Shown: positions 24,441 through 36,322 of the stretch, one piece after another
How positions within the stretch are numbered: position 1 is the stretch's first letter
Layout: each line of letters opens with the position of its first letter
Origin: Rhina ancylostomus
Taxonomy: Eukaryota
DNA: 59,889 bases
Reading direction: 5' to 3'
Assembly: GCA_030265395.1 (NCBI GenBank)
Contig: JARFYF010000001.1
Location: 55,459,544 to 55,519,432 of the forward strand
Program-made: the position numbers and the translations under genes
Notes under the pieces: model-generated
What the model was told of the DNA's origin: nothing
The model's database searches: none
What the model saw: only the letters and a program-made list of their open reading frames with translations

Positions 24441-25929
24441 GCAAACTTGGATTCCTGTGGAGGACATTCCTATGCAATTTTTTTTATAATTACAGTGACA
24501 TTATGATGTGTAAGATGACTGATCGCTTGGAGGATGGGAATGACCCTTTTTCATTTGAGTTCAGACTTGAGGCACTTAACATACATGTCTGCACAACACA
24601 AACTGGAAAATGACCTGACTTATCTGAACTTGTCCTTGTGATGGAAGTGCTCCCACAGAGGAGCAAACATCACTTGGAGACAGTTTTGCTTTTAGTGAAT
24701 TATAGTAGATTGTATGATTGGAAATCAAATACTAAGTATGTAAATATCTTCTGAACTTCATCTTTAGTCTCAAAGTATAGCTCAATTTATTGATAATACA
24801 GTGCATATTTAAATATGTCCCCCCAAGCTGTTTGCTTTTAAGATTTTTCCATTTAAGATTTGGGCAGATTTTATTTATAATATGCACTCAGTCTGGATCT
24901 TCCAGACTCTAATGTCACATTTATCTTCATTGATGTGTTTAAAAATCCATGGCACTCACCAGGTTATGTTCTGTATGAGTTCCGTTCCTGAGATCTGTCT
25001 ATAAGCCAATTTCTTTGCCTGTCAGAAATGTACATTTTCAATAGGAACCTACATTGTATTGCTCTGCTATAACCCTTTCATTTTACTGAATATTTACTCT
25101 AACATGACCCATAATTAAACTCATGGAACATGTACTGTATCCAGTCATTAAAGAATACCATGGAACTTTTTTATTATTACTCTGTTGGTGAAAAGAAGTG
25201 CTTTGAAAATGTATAGAAGAATTTGTGTAAAATCAGGTCATCGGTAACCCATGGAGCCCTACGTGCATGAATTTCCAGTTAAGGGTCACATATATTTAAT
25301 ATGGAATGAATGATTTCTCTGTGATGCAGCATTATAAAAAAAAACTTTTTTTCCCAGAGAATGACCAAGTTTTAATGAGTAAGGAGTGGGGTGATGAGTG
25401 CAGCATTGAGTTTTCCAGGGCCTAGATCATCTTGTGTTAATGAATTATCTGTACACTTTTTTGTACTACAACATATATACATACTGTAAATTCCATATTA
25501 TATTGTATTGTAGCGACTAGCTACACTGAATAAAGACACGGGACACTTGTTTGGAGTCCAAGAGTCGAATGAACGACTGNNNNNNNNNNNNNNNNNNNNN
25601 NNNNNNNNNNNNNNNNNNNNNNNNNNNNNNNNNNNNNNNNNNNNNNNNNNNNNNNNNNNNNNNNNNNNNNNNNNNNNNNNNNNNNNNNNNNNNNNNNNNN
25701 NNNNNNNNNNNNNNNNNNNNNNNNNNNNNNNNNNNNNNNNNNNNNNNNGTGATGAAATGAATAAGTACAGCTGTTAAGAGTTGAGTGTTCCTAAAAGCTA
25801 GGCTATAGGACATGAGCAGCAGGCCAGAGTATACTAATGGAAACAGAAAAAACAAGCAAAAATCAGATGAATGACTAGCAGAACTGGCCTGTTCTGATGC
25901 AGAAAGAAAGAGTGAGTTAACCAAGCATG

Positions 25930-26290
25930 GAGAGAATTTGATGCAGAATCTGGCAGACTGCAGTGTGCCCTGATAAAAGATGAGTTGTTCCCCAAACTTG
26001 CATTGGACCTCGTTATAACAGGAAGCCACAGACTGAAAGGTCAAAGTGGGATCAGGAGTTAGTGGCGGGCAAACTGGATCAGAGTCACTCCTGTGGACTG
26101 CCTGCAGGTGCTCAACAAAGCAATTACCCAATCTGTGTTTGGTTTCTTCAATGAGGAAAAGACTGAATGCACTACATTATATTGAAGAATGAGTGAATCA
26201 TTGCTTCGCCTGGAAAGTGTATTTGGATCCCTGCGTGACTGGAAGGGAAGAGATGAAAGAACAAATGTTATATCTCTTGTGGTTGCATGG
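25930..26290 (-). mobile_element. Penelope-like GIY-YIG C-terminal fragment
   Basis: EETKHRLGNCFVEHLQAV and EVQCKFGEQLIFYQGTLQS; homologous to 6180-6485. Confidence 0.7.
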
Positions 26291-26320
26291 GAGAAAGAAA
26301 CTCATAAATGGAAAAAAATA

Positions 26321-26928
26321 AACTTTATCAAAGGAATTCAGATTGGAGGTTCATGACCTTCATCCATTACACTGATTTGGGTTGAAATGTAATACTAAAA
26401 TCATCTGGTGAAATAAGAACCTTATTTTCCAAAAAGAGAGGAAGCATTTATCATCAGCAACTTTGTATTGTTCCTACATTCCTGTAAAACCAAATGGGTT
26501 ATGCATTTCTCTAGCAGTTTTAAATATCGTCTCTATTCAATAGTTTGAATAGATCTGTCACTTCCTCAGAACTATTTTTACTGAATACCTCTGCTTCAGT
26601 TCCTGATTCGGATTGAGATGATCTACCTGAGATCTTTGTGCACTTTTCTGGTCTAGACTGACAGACTATTCAAGCTTTATTCCATATGCAGTGTTAAATG
26701 TAAGAACTATATATATATGGTTTCCAAAAGAGAACTTTGCACTGCTGTGCCTGTGACCCAGATTGCGCCCAGCCTGAAGTTATTTTTACATCACCCTTAA
26801 AATTGTCACAGTCTGTAAGAGAATATGAACGCCCTCTAGAAGTTCTGTGCAATGACTACTTATTTAAGAAATGAACTTTTATCAAAGAAATTCAGATAGG
26901 AGCTCCATGATCTTCATCCATTACACTG
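26321..26928 (+). repeat. Diverged direct repeat of about 54 bp (26321-26374 and 26874-26928)
   Basis: aactttatcaaaggaattcagattggaggttcatgaccttcatccattacactg versus aacttttatcaaagaaattcagataggagctccatgatcttcatccattacactg. Confidence 0.85.
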
Positions 26929-27069
26929 CCTTATAATATTGCAGGCAGTCATCAGATCCCAACGCAATGCAAAGCAGCAAAATAACCAGTGCTGGATGAC
27001 AACATTGTTAATATGTAAATATTCCAAGAAATAATGAAACAAATTTCAAAACACATCTCTTTGTTTTTC

Positions 27070-27510
27070 AAGGTCTGGGGTGTCTAGCAAGGCCAGAATT
27101 TATTGCCCATCAATTGCCACAGATTAAGCAGTGATGAGCCACCACCTTGAATTTCTGCACTTCTTTTAGTGAAGGTACTTCCACAGAACTGTTGGAGAGG
27201 GAGTTCCAATCTTTAGACCAGGAAGGACTGGCAATATATTTTTAGTTCAGGATTGTGTGACACTTGGAGAACATGCAGATCTTGATGTTCCCATGCTCCT
27301 GAAGCCCTTGACCTGTGCGATAGAGGTTGTAGGTTCAGGGTGTGCTGTTGGTGGACCTGGGAGCATATCTGCAGTGCATGTTGTAGATGGTACACAGTAA
27401 GCGTATTGATTATCATTGTTTATAGAGGAATGAATGATTAGGCTGCTAGATGGAGTTACAATCAAGCTCTCTACTTTGTCCTGGATGCTGTAAAGCTTCC
27501 CTTGCCAAGA
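27070..27510 (-). mobile_element. 3' part of a second CR1-clade (jockey-like RT) LINE family
   Basis: Reverse-complement similarity to 31070-31330. The end motif gcaaggccagaatttattgcccatc recurs at about 13510-13605 and, inverted, at about 21860-21955. Confidence 0.55.
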
Positions 27511-29359
27511 ATGTAATTTTTTCCTCAAAGTATTGTAAACAACATTAGCTCTTTGGTACATTTGCTTTTATATTCTTTTCAAAAAGTTGGCCTTAAATGT
27601 TAATTTGTTCTGTAGCAGTTTTTACAGAAGATTTAATAGGCCCAGAATTTCCTGAGGTTGCCCCTTGCTATCCAGTAAATCTGCTCTTAGCTTGAGCAGG
27701 GCCCTGTCTCAAAATTCCTCAGTGAAGCCGGATTGGTCTTTCCCTGAACAGCACAAGACCACCCTCTCTAGATAACACCAAAAAAAAGTTGCACCTCCCA
27801 GGCTGAACCAGCTTTCAAAGCTGTCAAACATTTTCCAGCTTGAAAGTAAATGCCTCTGACTTTCTCAAATGTTTAAAAATTATTAAAGTTTTAAAATGCC
27901 AGTTGAAATTTAAAACCAAACATTTTAAGTTTTCTTAAAGTGTTTTTAAAAATGTTATAAACAAAGCACTTAAAATACTGGAAAACATTTGATACATTTT
28001 GACTTGATTTACATTTAATCAATTATATGTAACATACTCCTCTGTTGGAGACTGCTGGAAATGAATGGAGTTGATTTCTCTGCACCTGGCTTCAGCAGTG
28101 TTAATGGGATTTCAAAAAATTTACAGTTACAAGTGTGAAATCAAAACTGAAGATGCTGGAAATACTCAACAGGTTAGGCAGCATCAATGGAAAGAGAAAG
28201 AGTATTAAATTCAGGTTGAAGACTTTAGTTGAACCAGTGTAAATTCTGTGCAGATGGACACCAGCATTACAGGACTCAAATCAAATGGGAGGAAGTAGGT
28301 TGCCAGTATGGAAGAGTCGAGCCAGTATGAAGATGGGANNNNNNNNNNNNNNNNNNNNNNNNGCAAGTCCTTGGGTCAGAGTACATGTGTGAGCCATGGT
28401 ATCGGTGTTGGACACTGAAGGGTGTATTTGAGCTAAATTTTGACTAATCAGGTGGAAATTAAATTTCAATGACTATTTTATATTGTTGATCTTAACCGCA
28501 AAGCAACAAATGTTTGTACTGAATCAAAATACAATAGGTATATCCACAGATATCACTAGAAAGACACTGATGATTTTATGCCTTCAACATTTTGTTTCTT
28601 TCCCCCACTCCTTTGTCCCCTTTCCTGTATTCACAACAAAAATAATAGCTTGCATTTTTATATCACTTATAACTTTATGAAGCCCCAGTGCTGTCTTTGA
28701 GGCCTGGAGAAAAGATGAATATTGAGCCACAGGAGGGGAGGTGGAGGGCTTGTGGAAGGGGATTCCAAAGCATTGACCAGCTGTGCAGTAGTAGTGGAGA
28801 TTTCCATAAAAGACCTGTCAGGTGTGTAGTGGGCAGGGTGGGTGAGTTGGTAATATAGCATTGGAAGAGTGTTGGGTTTAGGAAGAAGAATGGCAAAGGT
28901 TGTGTTTGGGAGCATAAGGAATATTCTTCATGAATAAGGTTGAAAGCCTTTTCTAAAGTACTTCTCTAATTTGGTTGTTCTTGTATTATCCACCTAGTCC
29001 TGTGTTTTGTTTTGTTTCATTTGGGGAGAGGAGATCTCTTGAAATGCAAGGTCTTAATTTGAAACATAAGTTCCTAAGGAGGGAGGTGTTGGGGTTTCCA
29101 TGAATGACAGAGTCACAACCAAGAGAACATGGTTTCAAGATAAGGGGCAGTCATTTAAATCAGAGCTGCATAGGAAATTCCTGCAGAAGGTTGTGATTCT
29201 CTGGAGGCTAGATTACTGGAGGTTTTTTTGAGAATTTTTTTTGAAAAATTGGGGAATTGCCACAGAGCAGGAGTTGGGGACTGGGGTAGATCAGCCATGA
29301 TCCTATTGAATTGCAGAGTTAGGGACTGAGTGACCTACTACTTTCTTGTGCTTTCTACT

Positions 29360-32050
29360 TTGATATCCTTCCCAAACTCATTTTGTCTATAAATCACATC
29401 CTCCTTCCTTAGTTCTATCCCAATTCTTTCCCTGCTCCCTTATTAGTTGAGAATGTGAATGCATCTGTCACTGTCCTTCAAGCCTGCAATCATTACCCCT
29501 CTCCGATGACCCATTTTGTATTTGCAAACTTCAGGCAACCCCTTCTGCCACCCCCTACCCCCCCAGCAATTTGGGTTACAGAAATTCTCCCTTACAGAAT
29601 TCACAAATCACTACCCAAAAATTTGAGGTACAGAATAAAATTTCCTGTAGCTGAATTTGTGTGGGGAGGGGGAGAAAGTAAATCAACACAAAATTTACTT
29701 TTTCCCACTTGTGTTCCTTCATGAATGCACACCAATGCAGCTTCACATTATAGAAAATCACAATGCGGTCCATTTTCTAGGGATATAACCCGCACCCAAT
29801 AAGGTGGGCATTGCTGTACTGTCCCACCTTCAAACACGCTTACACCCAAATTCACAAACTTGTGCTTTTCCAAATCCAGGTCCATTTTTACCTGGAATTC
29901 TTGTCTGATTGTATTTTCCCATTTGTGCAAAAGTAACTAACCCTGCTTATACTTCTCAGCCAGTGTGCTGCCTTTGACACAATTTACCAGGCTGCCTCCT
30001 CTCATCCCCACCATCAGAGAAGTTGGTCTTCAGCCAATCCAATTCACTTCACATGATATAAAGAGCACTGGACACAGCAAAGGTTATGGGATCAGATAAT
30101 ATCCTGACTGTGGTACTCAAGACCTCTGCTCCAAAACTTGTTGTGCCTCGAGTCATCACGTTAAATTAAAACAGGACAAATCCCATCTGGCTAATTAGTG
30201 TCCAATCAATCTCTCAATCATTAGCAAATTGATGCAAGTTGTCGCTGACAGTGTTATCATGTGCCATTGGCTTTCCAGTATCCTGGTTACCAATGCCCTG
30301 TTTGGGTTTTGCCAGGACTACTTAGCTCTAGATCAAATGCAGCCTTGATTCAAGCATGGAACTAAGAGCTGAAATCTGAAGGTGAGATGTGAGTGACTAT
30401 CCTTGACAATAAGGCAGCATTTGACCAAGTATAGCATGAAGAAGCCCTAGTAAAGCTGAAGTCAATTGGCACCAAGGGAATTGCTTCCTTACGCACAGGA
30501 ACTTGGCAGTGTTTGTCAGAATTAAATCATCCCAGCTCCAAGACATCACTGCACGAGATCCTCAGCACAATGTTCTAGGCCAACCACCACCTTCAGCTGC
30601 TTCATCGGTGACCTTCATTCCATCAGAGGTTCAGAAGTGAGAATGTTCTCTCACAGTTGCATGATGTTTAATACAATTCACAACTCCTCAGCAAATGAAG
30701 TTGTCTAGGTCTTGCTACATTCAGATATGAGTGATGAATGGTAAGTGAACATTCATGATAGAGATGAAATCACTGCATTAAGAGGGAGTCTAACCACCTA
30801 CCCCTAACATTCAATGATGTCACTGTCTCTTGAGTCCTGACCATCAACACCTAGGGGTTGCTATTAATGAGAAGTCCAACTGAACCAACAGCATAGCATT
30901 ATGGCCACAGGAGTAAAAGAGGCTGGGTATCCTGCAGTGAGTGATTTGTTGCTTAACCATTTTATCACCCTGATGAAAAGCCTTCTCCGCATCTACAAGG
31001 CACAAGTCAAAATATGATGGAGTCCTCTCTATTTGCACACATAAGTGCATTTCCAAATCGAGATGCTTGCCACTGTTGAACAAAGTAAATGACTTGATTG
31101 GTATCCCTGTCCACCACCCTAAACAGTTATTCCCCATGCTACCGGTGCACAGTGGCTATGGTAGTGTACCATCTCCAGTATGCACTGCCAGTGCATGTGA
31201 CTCACGGTAGTCCAGCAGTGGCTGCCAAGCCAAGACCTCTGTCACAAAGGAAAATGAGCAGAAGCTGCATGGGAACCTCAAGTTCAGGTTCCCCTTCCAA
31301 GTCGTGTACTATTCTGAGCTGGAACTATCACTCCCCAATAGCACTGGAAGCACAAATCCTGAAACATGAATAAATGAGGGGAAAAAACATCTGCTCTTTC
31401 ATTATTGTTGGCACTGGGTGGGACTGCACTGGTCATGTTCCATTTTTATCTATCCAGCAGTAAACACAGAATGATAAGCAGTGACTTCTGTTTTCACTGC
31501 CCTGCCGATATCTTGGTGTGTTTCAAGGAACTCTTGCCCCCTTCCTAGTTCACATCTACGTGCTGCTCTCAAGAACATTGGCCTAAAATGAGAAGCCAGT
31601 TTCCACATGTAGACTGACAATATGAAGCTCTATGTTACCATCGCCTCTGATTCCTACTCACTGCTTCTCTATCATCCACTACTGGAGACCAGCAATATCC
31701 TCCATCATAATTTTGAGAAGACCAAAGCCCTAATCTTCAGTCCCCATCATAAATTCCATCCCTTGGCCATTCATGCCATTCCCCTCCCTGGCAGTTGTCT
31801 GGAACAGAATCTGATTGATTGTAATGTGGAGATCATATCATGAGCTGAGGCTAGGACCACACATCTGTGGCATTGGTAAGGGCTTCCTACTTCCACTTCA
31901 GACACATTGTTCAATTCTGCCCTTAACTAGCACTCAAATTTTCACCTATGCTTTTGTTACCTCCTGACTTTTCCAATGTGCTCCTGGTTTACTCACTTCC
32001 CTCTAATCTCAGTCAACTTTAGGTCATCCAAAACATTGCTGCTCCTACCC
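29360..32050 (+). mobile_element. Old L2 LINE RT region with nested insertions
   Basis: Colinear motifs PAIITPL/ANFR (about 29480-29535), LLILLS..AAFDTI (about 29942-29985), FHM*TDNMKLY (YADD, about 31600), KTKALIF, SYFHFRHI, YAFVTS*L and VIQNIAA (about 32025). Confidence 0.7.
30036..31335 (+). mobile_element. CR1-clade / jockey-like non-LTR RT fragment nested in the L2
   Basis: KVMGSDNILTVVLKTSAPKL, FGFCQD, LDNKAAFDQV*HEEALVKL, PQHNVLG and IYKAQVK motifs in RT order. Confidence 0.7.
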
Positions 32051-32354
32051 CCACGTGGACTATATTCTCGTAGAAGCAAACAGAAAGGCCATGTGGAATT
32101 GGTGTTTGAAATAACAGGTGATTTATTAAAACTGGGGATCACCAGAAAACTAGTCAAAGCTGGTCTACCTGAGCATGAATTTGGTACAGCTTTTACATTC
32201 TCAGCTGACAAAATTACACAAAAACTTGATTAGTAGTAAAACTAGGTTTGGATAATAGAGGGTACATCTGATTGTCACCATGTCGAGGAATGTGGAGGAC
32301 TGCTGCAACATACAGTGGACTCCTCGCATTTTCACATTCTCCCAGGACATGATC

Positions 32355-33015
32355 AGTCAGAACAAGATCCCCAACGTGGCACACAGGAGACACTGCCTCA
32401 AGAAGGCAACATCTATCATTAAAGAGTACCACCATCTGGGCCATGCCATCCTTTGGCTGCTACCATTGGGCAGGAGCCTGAAGTCCCACATCACCAGGTC
32501 CAGCAACAGACACTTCCCGTCAACCATTCCTTTCTTGAACCAACTGGCAAAACCCTAATCGCTACAGCTTAGCAACACTATAATCACTTTGATCACTTCA
32601 TACTAAAATGGACTTTGTTTAGTTTTATTCTAATTGTGTTCTTTCTTGTAAAAATTGTGTCTAATTTATGTTTTTCTTGTGAATGCNNNNNNNNNNNNNN
32701 NNNNNNNNNNNNNNNNNNNNNNNNNNNNNNNNNNNNNNNNNNNNNNNNNNNNNNNNNNNNNNNNNNNNNNNNNNNNNNNNNNNNNNACCAGCACAACCCT
32801 AAACATTAGAGTTTAGCAGCACTGTGACCACTTTGATCACTTTGCACTAAAATGGACTTTGTTCTAATTGTGTACTTTCTTGTAAAAATTGTGTATAATT
32901 TATGTTTTTCTTGTGAATGCTGCTCATATGATGCTACGTGCCTCTGATGTTGTTGCAAGTAAGATTTTCATTGCACCTGTGAATACATGTATAGATGACA
33001 ATAAACTTGACTTGA
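32355..33015 (+). mobile_element. Rex/Babar LINE 3' ends (two diverged copies either side of the gap)
   Basis: RHCLKKATSIIKEYHHLGHAILWLLPLGRSLKSHITRSSNRHFPSTIPFLN. The 3' UTR occurs twice and ends in gacaataaacttgacttga. Confidence 0.8.
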
Positions 33016-34081
33016 ATCCCCTCCTCCTGCCTTCATGTTTTTCCTGAGGCTAGACTTGTCTTTTGCAACCCTGCAGTTCCAACTGACCGTAGACCTTGAT
33101 TGCAAGCTTATCCAACACAGAAGGGCAGCTTACTTGCAGGCTTCTTCTCTGCAGATCACCCTTGAGCTGACAACTTGAAGTTGAAGGGTTTTAAATAATC
33201 AGAAGCATTTAAAAATAGTTCAAGTAGAATTAAATAATTTTCTTTATATTTTAATGATTCCACATTTTGTTTTTACTCTATAGTATTTTGAAGTAAAATA
33301 AAGGAATAGAAATCTCTCAATAATAGGTTTTTTAGTTGAGGTCAGCAATCTGTTCAGATGGATGAGGTGGCAAGTGCATCTGCCAACCATGGCTGGGTTA
33401 AAGCTGAACATTAATTCCCTCAACTCGGTATAATTTTTGCTCTGCTGCAGCCTCTGTGCTGAGTCTAGAAGCAAAGTAGGAGGCCAGATGTGCCAGCATC
33501 TGATTTCCACACTGTAATGTTCAGGGCCTGAAGTGGCCATTGGTTTTCTACTGAGTCACTATCAAAATGTAAGTCTGTTTTGGACCATTTTTAAAGGCAG
33601 CTAAAGTGGCCCTGAGCAGCAGAATTGAATTATAATCAGTCTAGAATTAGATAGATCCATCATTGAGTTACAGTACAAGGTCTGTTTATTTCAATGACTT
33701 GTTGATACAGTGAATAATAGATCTATTAGACCTTCTAGTCTCTTTGGGAAAACTAGTTCAATGTGCCTCCATGAATATTTATCATTCTGAAATATCCTTT
33801 TCTGATTCAAAATTGAAAATGTACCTTTGTCAAACAAAGTATGTTTGTGTATTTGCTTATAATAAACCATTTTATTTGACAGAGAAGTCTTGTGAGACTT
33901 GCATATTTTGTAAGAACCATTGTATCTTTTGTGAAATAATTATATTTTTAGATGGCAGAGTATTTTTTTGAACATCTCTAAAATTCACCTCAGGTACGAA
34001 CAAGATGTTATAAGTTAGAAGGCTGATTTGGGGCACTTTTCTGAAACTGTTTTCTTTCGTTTCAGGTACAGCATTGCCACC

Positions 34082-34996
34082 ATGAAGGTACACCTACATA
34101 AAAAATTTTGTTTCATTTGCTTACTCACCTTTCTCTTTCACCATTGCAACCATTGCCATGATGACCATGACCATGAGCGTAATCATGATCACAACACCAA
34201 CCATGTTCCTAAGGAGAACCATATACATAAGCACAATGACTACCAGATATCTCAGGAGTCATATCTTCAAAATAATCCCAGCAAGAGCTCTGTACATAAT
34301 GCAGTTAATAGACAAATATATTACATTCACAAACTGTTCAGCCGTTATGGTGAGAGTGGTAAATTGACTTTTCACGGTTTTGAGAAACTCTTATCAAATT
34401 TAGGTCTTGGGGAAGTTAAAGTTGTAGAACTTGACCATGAGCACAACGATCATGATCATGTTTCACATTTAGACCTTTTAGAGATATTAGAACATAAACA
34501 TGATCACTCCCACTCAGACTTCAATCACACAGCACATGAACAATCTGCACCAGTCCCCAAAGTGAACGTTAAGCATTGCAAAAGCTCTGATGGTAAGAAT
34601 ACACATACCACCACACCCTCTCCCATTACTCGCCATCAACCCCATCATCATCACCACAATCATCATCGAGGTGCTGGCCACGCTGGAGGCTCACAGACAC
34701 ATAAGGAGGGAGAACAGCTCCCTGACCCATCAGACCCCAACGCACCACAACACCAAGCCAAGAAAAGGTCAAAGAAACGCAAAAAACATAAAGGTGTAGC
34801 AAAGCAGTCAGAATTGACATTGACTCCACTTCCTGGTGAATCCTTGAGTATTATGTCCAAGAATGAAGAATATACCGATGAACATTTTCATCTTCCTGAT
34901 GAAGAAATGGCTTCTCAAAACAGAAGAAAAAAAGATTTGAGTTCCTCAAATTTGAATCATGAAGATCACGTTCATCCCAAATTTGCACATGAAGAG
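34082..34996 (+). CDS. slc39a10: ZIP10 first coding exon: signal peptide and His-rich ectodomain. The exon begins at 34066, with 16 nt of 5'UTR.
   Basis: Acceptor tttctttcgtttcag ends at 34065. Strong Kozak gccaccATG at 34082. MKVHLHKKFCFICLLTFLFHHCNHC is the typical ZIP10 N-terminus, followed by YYIHKLFSRYGESGKLTFHGFEKLLSNLGLGEVKV. Donor GAG|gtaaca after 34996; 915 nt, phase 0. Confidence 0.97.
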
Positions 34997-35707
34997 GTAA
35001 CATTGGTTGAATCAAATTATATAGATGTAACTGTTTTCTTTAAAACCCTTCTTCCATAAATGATGACCAGATGAATTTAAAATGATTCACTGCATTAATA
35101 AAAACAGACTCATTTTACATATGCACTCTTTTTGGCTAGTTGCCTATGTTTAATTGGTTGATATCCAGACTTACTGTCTTTTATCTGTAAGTAATGTAAA
35201 AAATCAGCTTTATCTGAAGTTGAAATATTTTAAAATAATAAATAAGCTAGCATAAATGGAGGAAATGTAGAATACCTAATACTTTTTTTTGTATTTGGAC
35301 TAAGACATTGTGCAGCTGGATTGTTATTCATGATAGTGTTTGGAAATGAGGCCTTTAAATTTCAGACAGACACAAGTTGGGATTTGAAAACTGATGTTAA
35401 CTGGAATTTAATTAATCTTCATCTGGTTTTAAAAGTAAAATATTGAGTGCTGTTGACTGGACATATGCAGATTAGCTTTCTGAACTGTGCTGTAAAGAAA
35501 GAGCAACAGAATGTTAAGGTGATAGACAATGGGACTGATCTGCTTTCCACAGCATGCCCTTGAGTTGCAACTAAGTGCAACCCCGTCAGAAAAAAAGTTC
35601 CAATATATTCCTGCTCATTTTGGACTCTATTTTGGCTTTGGCCAAAGCTGGCAGCAGCTTCAAAATAGGGGGAAAATGTCCTCATTCCATGCATGCAGAT
35701 CCCTGGC

Positions 35708-36000
35708 ATGTAATTAATTTATTATTGTCACCAGTACTGAGATACAGTGAAAAACTTTGTTTTGCATGCCATACATTACAGATCATTTCAAAACTTAAGT
35801 ACATTGAGGAGTACAAAGGGAAAAGNNNNNNNNNNNNNNNNNNNNNNNNNNNNNNNNNNNNNNNNNNNNNNNNNNNNNNNNNNNNNNNNNNNNNNNNNNN
35901 NNNNNNNNNNNNNNNNNNNNNNNNNCAGATCATTTCAAAACTTAAGTACATTGAGGAGTACAAAGGGAAAAGCAATAACAGAATGCAAAATATAGTGTTC
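35708..36000 (-). mobile_element. Rex/Babar 3' UTR fragment
   Basis: tttattattgtcaccagtactgagatacagtgaaaaac matches the tail at 10552-10590. Confidence 0.7.
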
Positions 36001-36141
36001 TAACAAAAATTGACCTCTGCCATAAAATCAATGATCTCATTGTGAAATTGTATCTAATGAGGTAAACACCTTGCTGCTGCGTTATCTTCACTTATTTAAT
36101 GCATAATTGTTGTGTAAAATTTACACATTTGTTCCTTATAG

Positions 36142-36322
36142 TGCTTGAATGTCTCCCAACTGCTGCAAAGCTATGGTCTTAGCACAAATTCTGGGATTTC
36201 TACAGTAGAGTTTACATACCTGTGTCCTGCATTGCTGTACCAAATAGATAGCAGGGTTTGCATCCATCATCCTGAGGAGCTGAGGATGGAGCCAGTAGAT
36301 AATCAGGATTCTCTACTAACAG
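36142..36322 (+). CDS. slc39a10: ZIP10 coding exon 2 (PAL / prion-like ectodomain segment)
   Basis: Acceptor ttccttatag, then CLNVSQLLQSYGLSTNSGISTVEFTYLCPALLYQIDSRVCIHH. Donor CAG|gtgagc; 181 nt, phase 0 to 1. Confidence 0.97.

Noticed and set aside
34028-35059. 343-aa ORF as a complete single-exon gene
   Set aside because: It starts in the intron at a TTG and runs past the donor. The real coding part is 34082-34996.
35779-35972. Exact 47-bp direct repeat across a gap; similar cases at 41110-41283, about 52194-52328 and 58837-59020
   Set aside because: Identical sequence on both sides of 100-N gaps indicates unmerged contig overlaps, an assembly artefact.
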